Notes: a model not told the origin generated them from the letters alone. Shown: positions 12,947 through 25,549, counted from the stretch's first letter. The stretch: DNA of 64,000 bases from Octopus sinensis (GCF_006345805.1 NC_043004.1:92380001-92444000); one strand, 5' to 3'. Program-made: numbers and translations.

Positions 12947-13699
12947 ATATATAAATGACAAAACGTGTTTTGGAAAAGGAAAGCAAAAGAAGATCTAAAA
13001 GAAAAAGGGAGTTAAAAAAAAAGAATTAATCTGTCAAACGTGGTTGAAATGTTTAGGAGAAAGTGTGACTTTGTAAGGACGTGAGAACTGTAAGTATATT
13101 TCTGTTTATGAAAAATTATTACCTTAGCACAGTGCAACAAATCTTCATTGGTAGTTGACAAATATTATCACCGTATATAGTTACGGCCTTCTTTGATATG
13201 TATACAGTATTTAGTGGTATACCTAGGCCATAAACGTATTGTCCTTTTGCGTATAAGCCTAATTACCTTGGCTGTCGGAGATAAGGTTGTACAATTTTCG
13301 TGTTGATGATGCCTATTCAAGCAGAAACAAGTGTTACGACTTCTCTGATATCTCCAGACAATAAACCTGTCCTTTTCTTTAGATGGTGTCAGCTTTGGAG
13401 AAATTTTGATTCTTAACATTATCTTCCCTTCTCAATATGGAGCTGGTCTTAACTACCATTTGATAATCACAACACATCCTCAAGGGACGGCAATAATTTT
13501 AGTAAATCAAGAATGCTATTTGATATACATGTATTTACGAACCTGTTCGAATATCAGAAATTAAGTGTCGTTGCCAGAAATGTCGATCTGGCTGGGTGGT
13601 TGATCAAGTTTCACACGACACACAAACTTTCATTTGCAAACAAAATTTTTCGGCGCTTCGTACTGTCTCCTTCAGTCTTTGAAGATATTCATTCCTGGT

Positions 13700-14040
13700 A
13701 CATAATGTCCTCCTCTACCTCCTATTTCTTCTGCTCTCTCCTCTTCATCTTCAGTATACTCATTATCTTTATCGTATGCTTCTTTTACTTCTTCGACATC
13801 ACCATAATGATGATCATCATTATCTTCATCATCATCATTATCTTCATCATAACCATTTTCCTCACCATCGTCATCATACTCATGATTATCATTATCAACA
13901 TCTTTATCATCCCCATCAACACTACTACCACGACCCCCTACCACTACCACTACCACTGCCGTTTTCATTTCACTAACTTTATCCCTCCACCATCACCACC
14001 ATCAGTTTCATCATCAACATCATCAACACCGTTATTACTA
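13700..14040. repeat. Degenerate (CAT)n/(CAC)n trinucleotide low-complexity tract
   Basis: Direct inspection; explains the His/Ile/Asp-rich ORFs. Confidence 0.85.
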
Positions 14041-15381
14041 ATATTTCATTTCATCTCAGAAAATCCCCATGTTATATGTAAATGTAGCTTCCTGATGGTT
14101 ATTCATAAGGAAACCATTTGTTAGTGTTTTGAACTCATTCATAAAATCGCGCCATTTTGTTTTTGTATTTTTATAGCCTCGTACTTCATCAACCCACAGT
14201 AAAATATTATACTGTTGTTTTTGTTTCCTTTTGTTTGTTTTGAGGTTTTTACTGTGTGTTGTATTTGTTTTCTTGTTGTTTTTGTTGTTATGCTTGCATA
14301 TTTATCTTTTGTAATGTTATTTTTTATGTTTATTTATATTATGTAACCTCTTTTGCACTTGTGAGATTATTCCTTTGGTGGTTATTGTTGTTGTTTTGTT
14401 TGTCTTAGTGGTTGTAATTTTACTTCTTGTGCTGATGGTATGTGGATGGTCGAATGTCTCATCAAACATTTCGGCCTTCACAATTGTGTAACTATTGCTG
14501 GTTTACACCTTCCGCTTCTTGACCCTCGACACGGATTTTTATCAGCTTCCTCTCTTCTAGTCGTTTGACGAAATATTAGGGAAAGAAACGAGTTGAAAAT
14601 GGAGATGGCCAGCGGTATATCCGTCTACGTGCCTGTATCTAATTCCTCTACGTCGACATAATTTGTGTCTACGTTGTCTGTTTGGTATGTTTTCAGTTTC
14701 TCCTGAGGATGGAGGACTTTTTAATGCATTTTGGACGGTGGTGTTGATATGTGCCCCTGGTTCTTTGCAGTGGACCGGCTGTATCTGAGTAGTCGCTGCA
14801 GTGGGGGTTGTTACTGCTGTTGATTGAGGGGACACTATTTCCATTGTGAGAGATATTATTGTTTTCTATGTTATGGATGCTAACGCCATATAAAACGTAC
14901 ATTCTTGTTTACCTCAGCGCAAACGCCATCAAGTAGTGTCCGCGGCCACACTTGTAACCTTTAAGCCACCCAGCGCCCTGCATAACGTGAAACTGCATCC
15001 CGCTTTTGAAGCAGACCGAGTCAAAGATCTTCACCACTTCGCCACAGGCGTTGTCATGATTAGACTCGGCAAGCTTGCTTTAAACGTAGATCTGGAATTG
15101 TCCATCTCACCATACATCTCCATCGATATTACGATTTATTCCATAGAAGTTCGTTGCACCATTAGAAAGAGAATGGATGGCATTTGGGGAAATTTCCACG
15201 CTTTCTGTTCATTGTAGAAAAGATGCTTCACTTCACCGTGGTGTCTACCTCTTGAGAGTATCTTTTCAGTTTGCGTTGGCGTAAAGTGCTGCACCGTTCG
15301 GATCATCATTAGTACACACTTGATCTTTTCTTTCACCTATTTACTTAACTCCTATTCTCTGAAAGGATATCGAACACATAC

Positions 15382-15622
15382 CCATGATATTCTTCCCGTA
15401 CTTCTCCTAGTACTTGGTCTTCTATTGCGAAAGTGCTCATTCCAAGAACCTATTATTTGTGCAATCGATTCCTTTTTGAGGGACGATTGATAGTTATTCT
15501 TGTTATTCGCTTTCTTTGATGCTGGTATTATTTGAATAGAGGGTGGCGGAGGCGCGGGTGTCGAGTTGGTTGTGGTGGTGATCGGAGCAAATTTAGTCTT
15601 TCCGCAGCTGGAGTTATCGCCT
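15382..15622 (-). other. Candidate 241-nt exon (unverified)
   Basis: Acceptor tttcttatttttcag|, donor TGG|gtatgt, 80 open codons GDNSSCGKTKFAPITTTTNSTPAPPPPSIQII...STGRISW. No family recognised. Confidence 0.3.
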
Positions 15623-16189
15623 CTGAAAAATAAGAAATTACTGCTATTTAATCTTTTTTTTTACTGCCATCGTTGCTGTCACCATTTTCAACATATTTTG
15701 CACAGTTGCTGCTGAATGATAGTAATGGTGCAAGAATTGGCGATCACCGCAGCTGCCGAAGTCTGTTGGAGTGAGAGAAAGAAGTTACAAGCTTTTCTTG
15801 TACTCGTTTCACTGAAAGTATGGAGTTGAATTTCTTTCTCCCACTTGTCTATAATTTTCTTCTTACATGCACGTAAAAGAAAAACCGTCACGTTAGATTT
15901 TTCTAATGTGTATTATTGAAAATTGAAAATCGAAAACTTAATACGAATAAGTGGGAGGAAAATTAACCTACCAGTGAAGCGTGTCGCGGTTCAGTTCTGC
16001 TATAAGACAGAGAATATGTGCGAAGAATATTACTTCCAACTCATGTGAACATTGCTTTAAATAATAAATAGTAATATATGTTAACATAGCTTTAACTAAG
16101 CAATCTTGACATATATAGCAATTTTACAGAGTGATAAAAATGAAAATCTGAAGCTCGTCCAATAACGATGATGATAACGATGTTGTTGT

Positions 16190-16222
<33 letters not shown>

Positions 16223-16949
16223 ATTTTACTTACCACGGAAGTATCAGATGAGGGAGTACATCGCAAGAGAAGCTGACATTTTCCGTATGGATTTACAAGA
16301 AAAGATGAGACAGGGGAAAAGCAGGGGAAAGGGAAATGCAATAAAAAGTGTACAGAGTTTACAAAATTTATGCAAAATCAATTCCTGCAGAACTGGCTCT
16401 TTCAAGATAACCAAAATAGGCAATTTGAAAAAATTGGAAATATTAGAAAGAATCGTAATGTTCCAACAGCTAAAGAGACAGACGAATTTTGGTCGGGTAC
16501 CTAAAACAATGTTATAAATAATGAAGATGTAGATTGGATTTTGAAGGTGGAAAGAAGTGCATAAGCTGAGTATAGAAACAGACATGCTCCGAAAATAAGC
16601 AGAAAAACTGTGGTTCGAAATCACTGGGAACAAACGAAGTACAGAATTAATGGATTAAAAATTTGAAGTCACACCACCATCCGCAATGTTTAGCGGAGGT
16701 TTGGACACTGATTATTTCCCTACCTGTGTAGCTAAAGAAACAATACTTGTTAAGGTTATCTCAACAGATTCTCTATGAAATTATACCCAGTACTGATTGA
16801 GACGCCTGATGTAAACAAACAATGAGATCGAATACCAAAAGTGAGTAATGTGCGTATATGACATATTTCATGGGTTTCTGCTCCTTCATCGGCACCCATC
16901 AAACCCATTAATCATCCCCGAACACTTTGCTTAAATAGCCACCAAATAT

Positions 16950-17163
16950 CCTTTCTATTACAGTCACAAAGCCTAAAGTTTTGGGGGAGGGGGCTATTCG
17001 ATTACATCGACTCCAGAATTTCACTGGTATTTAATTTATCATCCCCGAAAAGGTGAAAGGCAAAGTTGGCCTCGGCGGAATTTGAACTCAGAACGTAACG
17101 ACGGGCGAAATACCACTAAGTATTTTGTCCGGTGTGCTAACGACTCTGCCAGCTCGCCGCCTT
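16950..17163 (-). mobile_element. SINE family A' (alternative tail)
   Basis: Family A head and central domain on the minus strand with the ccccc...aaaacttta...gtaatagaaag tail. Confidence 0.85.
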
Positions 17164-18535
17164 AACATCCACTAAATATAGCAGTTACTGGATATCCCAG
17201 TTTTACATATTAAACATTCCTGGAAGCTGGTACGAAAATGTTAATGACTTGTAGGGATACTGTATTCCGTTATGCAATATACTACAATATACTACAACAT
17301 ATATTAAACTATATCAACTGTGTTAGCAGTGCTATAACGTATGTCATATACGACCATTACCCATTTTTCATATCACATATGTAGTAACTGGGTATTCTCC
17401 ACTTCACCGCCAATCAATCACTTTTCTTTCTGCATTCACAACAGACGACAATTTCAGAACAGCGTTGTGATCTTCAAGGATACTAAAATCCAATCTATCG
17501 CACGTTATACCTAGTACTCACTGTCTTTCTTGCAAACGTGACAAAAGCCAAGAACAAAGATTGCTACTAATATATTTTCTCATAATACACGTATTACCAT
17601 TGCCGTGTACCATGTATTTGGGCACCAATTTATATATAAACGGGTAGATACGTGATGCATGTTGCCAGTTGTCTTTCCTTCTCTTGAGTTTTGAAGACTA
17701 GGCACATGTTCCCATATACTCTTCTCCATTCAACAGAGAACTCATGGTCCTCCTATAAGTCACTTAAGTAATTTTTCGTTCAACTGTTCTTTTGAGGGCA
17801 GCTGCAAAGCCTCTCTCTCATTCGCGATATTTCTTGGATAAATTATTTGGGTAATTCTTAAATGACATACCACAACCATCTTGCTTTTTATCAAGCTGCA
17901 GGAGAATGCCTAGCATTTCTCTTTCGTTAGTAACACTAGAAGAAGGGGTTTTGCTGTTGATGTTGTTAATATTTTTCTTTGAGTCGTACATATTCATATT
18001 TTCAGTGGTGGAAATGTCATTACCTTCCGTTTTACAAAGAACGTATCTGTTTATTTGAATCTGTTTTCCATTTTTTTGTATGTGTTTTATGTTCAGATAT
18101 CATTGTAACTTTTACAGGAGCCTTTCCGAGAACGAAAAATAAAATACAAATGAATGCAAGAAGACAAAATAGATATTTACGTTTAAAATAGATCAAAACA
18201 GACCTTTTTATCTACTTTAGGTATTGATGGAAGCTTCTACACATTCGGAAGGTTCCCAGTTTGAAAATAATCCAAAATATAAAGAAAACTTTTCATTCTG
18301 TAAATTTGGCAATATTCCAATCCTCTAGAAGCGGCTTAAAATACGACCGTTCAATCCAAAGCATAACAACAATGATGATGATGATGATGGGGGGGGGGTT
18401 ATTGGTGGTTGTGGTAGTGGGGTTATTGGTGGTGGTGGTGGTTGTTGTTTCTATTTTCATTTATGCATGTTTTTCAAAACGTATAGAGATCATTGTTTTA
18501 AGAAATTAAATCTCCGCAATATTTATCTAACCGTG

Positions 18536-18583
<48 letters not shown>

Positions 18584-18584
<1 letters not shown>

Positions 18585-19156
18585 GCCCTGATGCAGTACC
18601 TAATAGCCCTGATGCAGTACCAGGCAGAGGCTCTCATGGCTTCTGATCTTAACTGATTGGAAGTGGTATCATGTACATTGTTCTGTCTTGGTATAAAAGA
18701 TGGGCTACAGCAAATATTCTGCTCAATACCACAGATTTGCTTGTCATTTGTTTGACCTTAACCAGTTGAGCATGTCCCTTAGTGGCTGACAATACGTGCA
18801 TCTCTGATCACGAGCAGAAGTAGTGGGAGCATCATGGCCATGTGTTGAGAGGGATTCTTTGGAGTTTGAATAATTCACCTCTGGAAACATAGGTGTTTCG
18901 TTCAACATCCTAAAGCAACCCTTATTCAGGGACCTTTTGAGCGGGATGGGCTACTCAACCTGAAGAAAATTCTAACTGGGCCCCACTGCAAGGTCATGTG
19001 CTGTTTATCTTGATATAAGATCACCATGTCGCGCACATATGGTTGTGATGCATGTGCCTGGTGTACCTTTATCAGACGGGTAGTCATGATGGGTATATTG
19101 GGCTTCGTATATTTTACCCCAGTGTCACTTTGATGGCATGAACTGCTCTCTCACTC
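18584..19156 (+). mobile_element. (AAT)n-flanked interspersed repeat (~580 bp), longest copy
   Basis: Matches 1819-2305 and 48674-48931; (AAT)n on both sides; 20-nt duplication aatagccctgatgcagtacc at the 5' junction (18581-18600, 18602-18621). Confidence 0.88.
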
Positions 19157-19253
19157 AATAATAATAATAATAATAATAAAAATAATAATAACAACAAAAA
19201 CAACAACTATTATTATTATTATTATTATTATCATTATTATTATTATTATTATT

Positions 19254-19367
19254 CATATACACACAACAAATTAGACTGTTGGGAAAGAAAAATTCTTAAC
19301 ATCGGGACACAAGTAACCTTAGATGCCAAGAACCGTCCTAAATATCCTAGCTGTCCCTAATAGCAGT
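19254..19367 (-). mobile_element. R4/Dong-like LINE, extreme 3' end
   Basis: Encodes LLLGTARIFRTVLGI*, the characteristic C-terminus of this clade, followed by a short UTR and (AAT)n. Confidence 0.65.
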
Positions 19368-19390
19368 TTATTATTATTATTATTGTTATA

Positions 19391-19434
<44 letters not shown>

Positions 19435-19452
19435 CATTATTATTATTATTGC

Positions 19453-19507
<55 letters not shown>

Positions 19508-19508
<1 letters not shown>

Positions 19509-20300
19509 CTTCGTAACACAGTGTAGGTAAAAATGCACCGGGTTCTTTAGTCATCTATCAAGTCACAAGGATCTCAGACAGATAATACTTTCCTTAAGAT
19601 GTGCACGTGCCCAATAAGGGGGACTTTTTGCAAGACATCAATCTTGCATGGGATTTCCAGTTGCCTTAAGAAGTCTTGAAATTTCAATGGGATTGAGCCC
19701 AACGCTCCGATTACCACTGGTATCACTTTTACATTGCCCTCTCGCATTCCATACTGCCTTGCCATTTCCACTTTCAATTCGGAGTACTTGGTGATTTTTT
19801 CAACCTCCTTGCAACATTCATGTCATTTGGTATGGATGCATCAACGATCTGACAGTATTTGTCTCCCTTATTCAATATGACAATATCCGGCCGACGGTGT
19901 TCGATTACACTAGCCGTCTGAAAATCATAGTACCACAGTATCGTTACATTTCCATCCTCCTGCATAACTTTACTTGGTACATGCTCATACCAGTTCTCTG
20001 TTACTTCATACTGGTATTTACGGCATAAAAGCCAATGAAGATACATGCGCCCTTTAACGTGGCGGCGCTTGTATTCTTTTGGTGCAAGGCTTTCACATCC
20101 ACTTAACTAGTGGGTCACATTTTCCACGTTCATTCTACAGAGTCTGCATTTATGGGTGTCAGAAGTTTTATGGATGTTATACTTCACTGAATTGGTACCG
20201 AGAGCCTGGTCTTGTGCAGCAATGATCAGGCTTTCACTGGTGCACTAAAAATCATCTCGCTCAAGCCATGCCCTCGATACTGTATTATCCTTAACGTCGT
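19508..20300 (-). mobile_element. R4/Dong-like non-LTR retrotransposon, decayed C-terminal ORF (CCHC knuckle plus restriction-like endonuclease)
   Basis: ESLIIAAQDQAL...KCRLCRMNVENVTH*LSGC...YKRRH...IHW...RRPDIVIL...IVDASIP...KY...VIPVVIGALG...ILRKVLSV; in-frame stops and a frameshift; (AAT)n tail. Confidence 0.9.
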
Positions 20301-20321
20301 GTGTATTTCTATTATTATTAT

Positions 20322-20770
20322 ATGAAAACTCAGTTTATTTTGCTGGGTATAATGGAAAGTGTCAGCAGTTCACAGCTAACAAACTAAGGTGGCACTTGTT
20401 TACTGGTCATGCTTCAAGAACTCTGCGTAATGCTGAATCTTGTAGGTGTTCTACTTTCACACTTGCACCAATCTTTTTTAGCCATGTTACTAGCTGAGTG
20501 CTGTTACTTCCAAGTGCACCACAGAGCTCCCAATGGATCATTCTTGCCACTTGTCATGGCATCTTTTGTATTCCCGTTGTGCCAATTTCGGGCATTCACG
20601 AACAACGTACAACACTGTTTCACCTCTCTCACCACACATTCTGAATTTGTCGCTATCTGTAGTGTTGTCTGTTCTGTACTTCATATAGTCGGTCCTTAAC
20701 ATTTGTTCATGAGCTGCGCATATGAGTGCTTCTGTCTCTATCTTCATAGCCACCTTCCCCCTCTATCTGT
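20322..20770 (-). mobile_element. Second R4/Dong-like subfamily fragment with internal deletion of the endonuclease core
   Basis: IETEALICAAHEQMLRTDYMKYR...FRMCGERGETV...ECPKLAQREYKRCHD..VARMIHWELC joined directly to GALGS...RRVLEA*; (AAT)n tail. Confidence 0.85.
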
Positions 20771-21238
20771 CTTGACGTTCAAATATCTTGCAAACTTACC
20801 GTTCATTTTTTTACGTCCACGCGTTTTCTTTCTTTCTTTTATGTTTTGTTCATTTCTTGCTCAAATTTTTCTTTAATCACACGATTAATCACACGACCAG
20901 TAAGCTAAAAATAAATAATCAACTAATGAGTTGCTTTATTAACTGTTTGACTAATTATTTCATTAGTTCGTCACAATCATTTCGTCACAGACTTTGACCT
21001 TGTCGATGATATTTCATGATGTGTAATTTTGTCAAATTAAGAAAATGAGCACATATCATGTATAAGGCTGCAGCTTAGTTGAATAATAATAATAATCAAA
21101 CGATAAATAGAACCAATTTGTATGTTTTTATTGGTAAAATTTTCTGTTAAAGTAAGACAATATGTTTTAATATACAACTCATTCGAAATCAAAATGCTGT
21201 TATTGTCAAATTATAACTTTATTTCTTTTCCGTTTCAG

Positions 21239-21270
21239 GTAAGTTGAACATTAAAATGGCTGTACTTTTG
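21239..21270 (+). other. Recursive-splice-like site or candidate 32-nt exon carrying AAAATGG start (MAVLL)
   Basis: ctttatttcttttccgtttcag|GTAAGT at 21239; second donor TTG|gtaaga at 21271; ATG at 21256. Confidence 0.4.
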
Positions 21271-21696
21271 GTAAGATGCTATATATTCTATTTTCTTCTA
21301 CTTTTACCTATTTTGTTTGTTATCTCTCTCCCTCTCTTCCTCTCTCTCTCTCTCTCTCTTTCACTTTTTCTTTATTAGCATCATGATTATATATCTATCC
21401 CACTGTAACTTCAAAAGACTTAAAACGCAATTCTCATGGCAAAAATAATTGAATGTACTGTTGCTTTATATAGGTATCTATGAGTATGTGCGTACATGTA
21501 TGCATATGTACATGTATGTATGAATGCATCAAAGATCAAGAGGTACTTTCTTCTTTAGCAGAGACTTCAGTGATAACTAAACGACAAACTCAGCATTCAA
21601 AATGTCTCATACCTGATCGAGATTTTCATTTACCGGATATATCGGTGTATGTTGTTGATATTTATGCATGTAAATGCATGATAGTGTGTATATGTA

Positions 21697-21946
21697 TGGA
21701 TACACATACATACACACATACATACATACATACATACATACATACATACATACATACATACATACACACATACATACATACATACATGCATACATACATG
21801 CATACATACATACATACATACATACATACATACATACATACATACATACATACATACATACATACATACATACATACATACATACATACATACATACATA
21901 CATACATACATACATACATGCATGCATATATATACATACATACATG
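21697..21946. repeat. (CATA)n microsatellite
   Basis: Direct repetition. Confidence 0.95.
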
Positions 21947-22355
21947 TATGGAAAAAAGTCAACGTAGAAAATGCTAAAATAATTTCATAAAAAAACATTT
22001 CAGTACCGGTTTCAGTCATTGAAACTTTTTCAACTGTAATTATGGAGAACAATTAAATGTTGAAAAAGTTAAAAGAATATTTGCATAGTATTCAACTACA
22101 AGAGGAATTTTCCTTGTTTCTGCCTTTCTGAGTAAACAAGAGAGACAGAGACAGGCAGAAACAAGGAAAATGTTCCATTTATTTGAATACCATACATATA
22201 TTCTTTTAGAAAAACTTTTCTTTTAATTTTTCCAAAAATTAATTGTTTTCCATACTGACAGTTGAAAAAGTCTGAATGACTGAAACCGGTACTGAAATAT
22301 TTTTTATGAAATTATTTTAGCATCTTCTACCTTGATTTTTTTTCTCCATATATAT
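21947..22355. mobile_element. Diverged fold-back inverted repeat (~180-200 bp arms), PLE-like, with GAAACCGGTA hammerhead remnant
   Basis: 21971-22036 is reverse-complementary to 22258-22323; inner ttttccttgtttctgcct / aggcagaaacaaggaaaa; GAAACCGGTA at 22282-22291 mirrored at 22004-22013. Confidence 0.8.
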
Positions 22356-22401
22356 CAACTCATGTGTTTCTTTTCAACCTTCTACATATGTATATATTTC
22401 T

Positions 22402-22532
22402 ACAGCCGTGTGAAATGAAGCAAAGTGAAATAGTGTCTTTGGCTCAAGAACACAACACACTGCCCGCTCTGAGAATCGAACGCACTGTCTCATGATTGTG
22501 AGCCCAATGCTCTAACTACTGAGCTATGCGCC
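22402..22532 (-). mobile_element. SINE family D 5' part
   Basis: Minus strand AGGCGCATAGCTCAGTAGTTAGAGC...GTTCGATTC...GTGTTGTGTTCTTGAGC. Confidence 0.7.
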
Positions 22533-22572
22533 TATATATATACATATGTGTGTATATATATATATATATATA

Positions 22573-23290
22573 TGGCCCACAAATACTCTGAAGTTAGGCA
22601 AATGCTCTACATCAGATAAAGCAGCAGCAGAATTACTCTTTAATCTAATGGATAAATTCTTCCTAACTCAGCTAGTCCTCGAACCAACAAAACAGAATAA
22701 AACTATCCTGGATCTAATGTTAACCAACCACTCTAGCTTCGTTCACAGTATTTCAGTTGAGAAAACTCTCCTCTCAGACCACGACATGGTACTCTGCAAT
22801 TTTAATTCCCGACATATAAAAACCAAACCAGACAATCCCACTCCATGGCACTCATTTGACAACATAAACTTCCACAAAGCGGACTGGGGAGCACTCTGAA
22901 AGGATCTGTCTTTCATCGACTGGTCATTTACTCTCAGTTCCACTCAAGTTGAGACCGCATGGCAGCACTTTGAGAACATTGTCACCTATACATGCTCAAA
23001 ACACGCTCCTACGAAATCCACTAACACAAACAGAAACTGGCTCCATAAAAAGAAAAAAAACACTCATCAGGCGCATCAAAACAACTCAATAAAAAAGTCA
23101 ACCAATTAAAATATTCTCACATACAACATCCACATTCAACAATAATGAAAAGGCTGGAGTTGGAAAAACTTCATCTGCAGACCGACATGAAAACCTCCAT
23201 TGAAATCAAAGAGCTGTGGAGGAATAGTGGGTAATCAAAAATATTAAACAGAACCCAAAAGTGTTCTATTCTTATGCAAGAACTCACCAC
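22573..23290 (+). mobile_element. CR1/Jockey-group LINE fragment (C-terminal APE endonuclease and linker), decayed
   Basis: FLTQLVLEPTKQNKTILDLMLTN...LLSDHDMV...NFHKADW: LDL-x-LTN and SDH motifs of LINE APE domains; stops and frameshifts downstream. Confidence 0.85.
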
Positions 23291-24027
23291 TTCAATGGAC
23301 CATAAGCAAAACATGACTTAAACCGGATTTAGATAATCCTATCAGGTGGTGCTCTTAAGTTAGACATGGCCTGGACTCATCTTTGGTCGAAACCTATCTA
23401 AGTTTATCTAAGTTGATATATATGTATCGGGCCTTGACGGGAAACGTTTTTATAAGAGTATTAATGGTAATTCTAACATATAACTGGTACAACGTGAGAC
23501 GTGGCCAAATTGTTAACTGCTAAACCGTTATGGTCACCTATAGACCCAGCATAGATATGTCAGATCAAGATAAGACCATTTCAGACATAAGCTGTTACTA
23601 TGGTAACTGTGTAACATTATCTGTTACTATGGTAACTGTGTAACATTATCTGTTCATGATTGAGTAATCGACGACTAAACCTGTCCAGCGAGGGGTGTTT
23701 GGTGGTCACCCAGCACGATTCTAAAAAGAATATGGCTAACCTCCTTGAGAGCCAATGACTCCCGTATTCTAAACGTGGAGTGAGACTCGGATGGCATTAC
23801 CGCTGCGAAGCCCATTAAAACGCATGATTCTAGGTGACATTAATATGGACCGGAGAGGCCCAGGATTATAAAGAAAGTTCAAGACATTGAGATGTACAAA
23901 ATATTGGTATAACATAATTAATTATCCCAATAGCAGAAAACCTTTGTGAATGAATTGATTCGAATCTCATTGAAACTTCGGTGCACGATATAACTGAATA
24001 CAATTGCTTTTAGCACACCATTGGCGC

Positions 24028-24078
<51 letters not shown>

Positions 24079-25384
24079 ATATTTATATTTATATATATAC
24101 TCGTAATCTCTGTATGCATACACGAAAACTCAATCGGAGAAAATAGCTGGTGGATAAATGTATGTATGTCTTTGGATGTTGACACAACACAGCCAAACAT
24201 CTTTACATACGTTTAACTCTATACTTACAAAAATCAATAATATTTCTCGTTTAACACACCATTATACTGACACATCGTTCTCTGTCTAAGACCGCTTGAA
24301 TTATAGACTATTTTGTATTATGTTATTTATTTTATAAGCATACTTTAAATGCCCGGATATATTTGTGCACAGGAAAAATTCGGTTAGTAGGTTTGAGGTT
24401 CGAGCGAAACGCAGATCTATGAAAGGAAGAATTAAACAAAATATTCGTCACTATGAGACATTTCTAAATAAATCTACATTGTTCCAGTTTCAATCCCCAA
24501 ACCTAGCAATTTAGTCTGGTAGGTTCCACAATAGCCTCGGACTACGCCAGTCTTGAGAAGGAAATTGGGTGAATGGGAGTAAAAGTGTGTTGGTGGGTTT
24601 AAACTAGATGAATGGATGGAAGTGAAAGAGAGTAGTTGAAAACTATACCGAAGCCTCATTGAATGAACTCTTCATGTGGTTAAAGACTATTTTTCGCCCA
24701 GTTGAACAATACCTAGTCCTTGAGTACCTTTAGTATTGCTCACTTTGTTGTAAGCATTCAGACTAGATCTTCGGTATGATGGTAGCTTATTTCTGTCCGT
24801 TATTGAAACTAGTTAAGCAAGTACAGCTAAAGTGTTTCTCCACTGTCTAAGCCACAACGATGAGATTTATTCTGTAAATCCGTATATCAGATGACCTAAT
24901 TCAATATATGAATCTATATATCTAGGATACAAATGTCCAAACATGAGTATTCTGAGTTTCTGTATCTCGACCTGTAAAGTTATAGATATTGTGCTACGAA
25001 CAATGTTCTAAGGTTGTATATACCAAGAAGACTGGTGCGAATATTTGTATAGAAATTCAGTTTGAGTAACCTGTCTTCTATACTGTTAAAAGCTGATGAC
25101 TTAGCAAAGATTGTGAAAGCGTTTTGTTTTTCATTGAGCCCATTCCAGTTGCCTGAGTTTTAACAAGGCAATACAAAATACAATGTAAAATATCCTTGCA
25201 TTCATCGCAAGAGAATATTGATAACTTTTATCGTATTGTTTTCAACACATGACGTACATTACAGAAGAGCTGCTTTACAGTTTTGCAATCATATATGCAT
25301 CGATATTATATATATGTATGCATGTAAGTATATGTGTGCGCGTATGTGACTGTGTCTATGTATGTATATACGTATGTATATATA

Positions 25385-25445
<61 letters not shown>

Positions 25446-25496
25446 TATACATATATATATATACATATATATATATACACACACACATATATATAT

Positions 25497-25548
<52 letters not shown>

Positions 25549-25549
<1 letters not shown>

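Noticed and set aside
13513-14124. 203-aa ORF and the antisense acidic ORF
   Set aside because: Driven by a degenerate (CAT)n tract; no recognisable domain.
16244-16633. 129-aa hydrophobic ORF
   Set aside because: Composition reflects T-rich antisense sequence; no membrane-protein family motif recognised.
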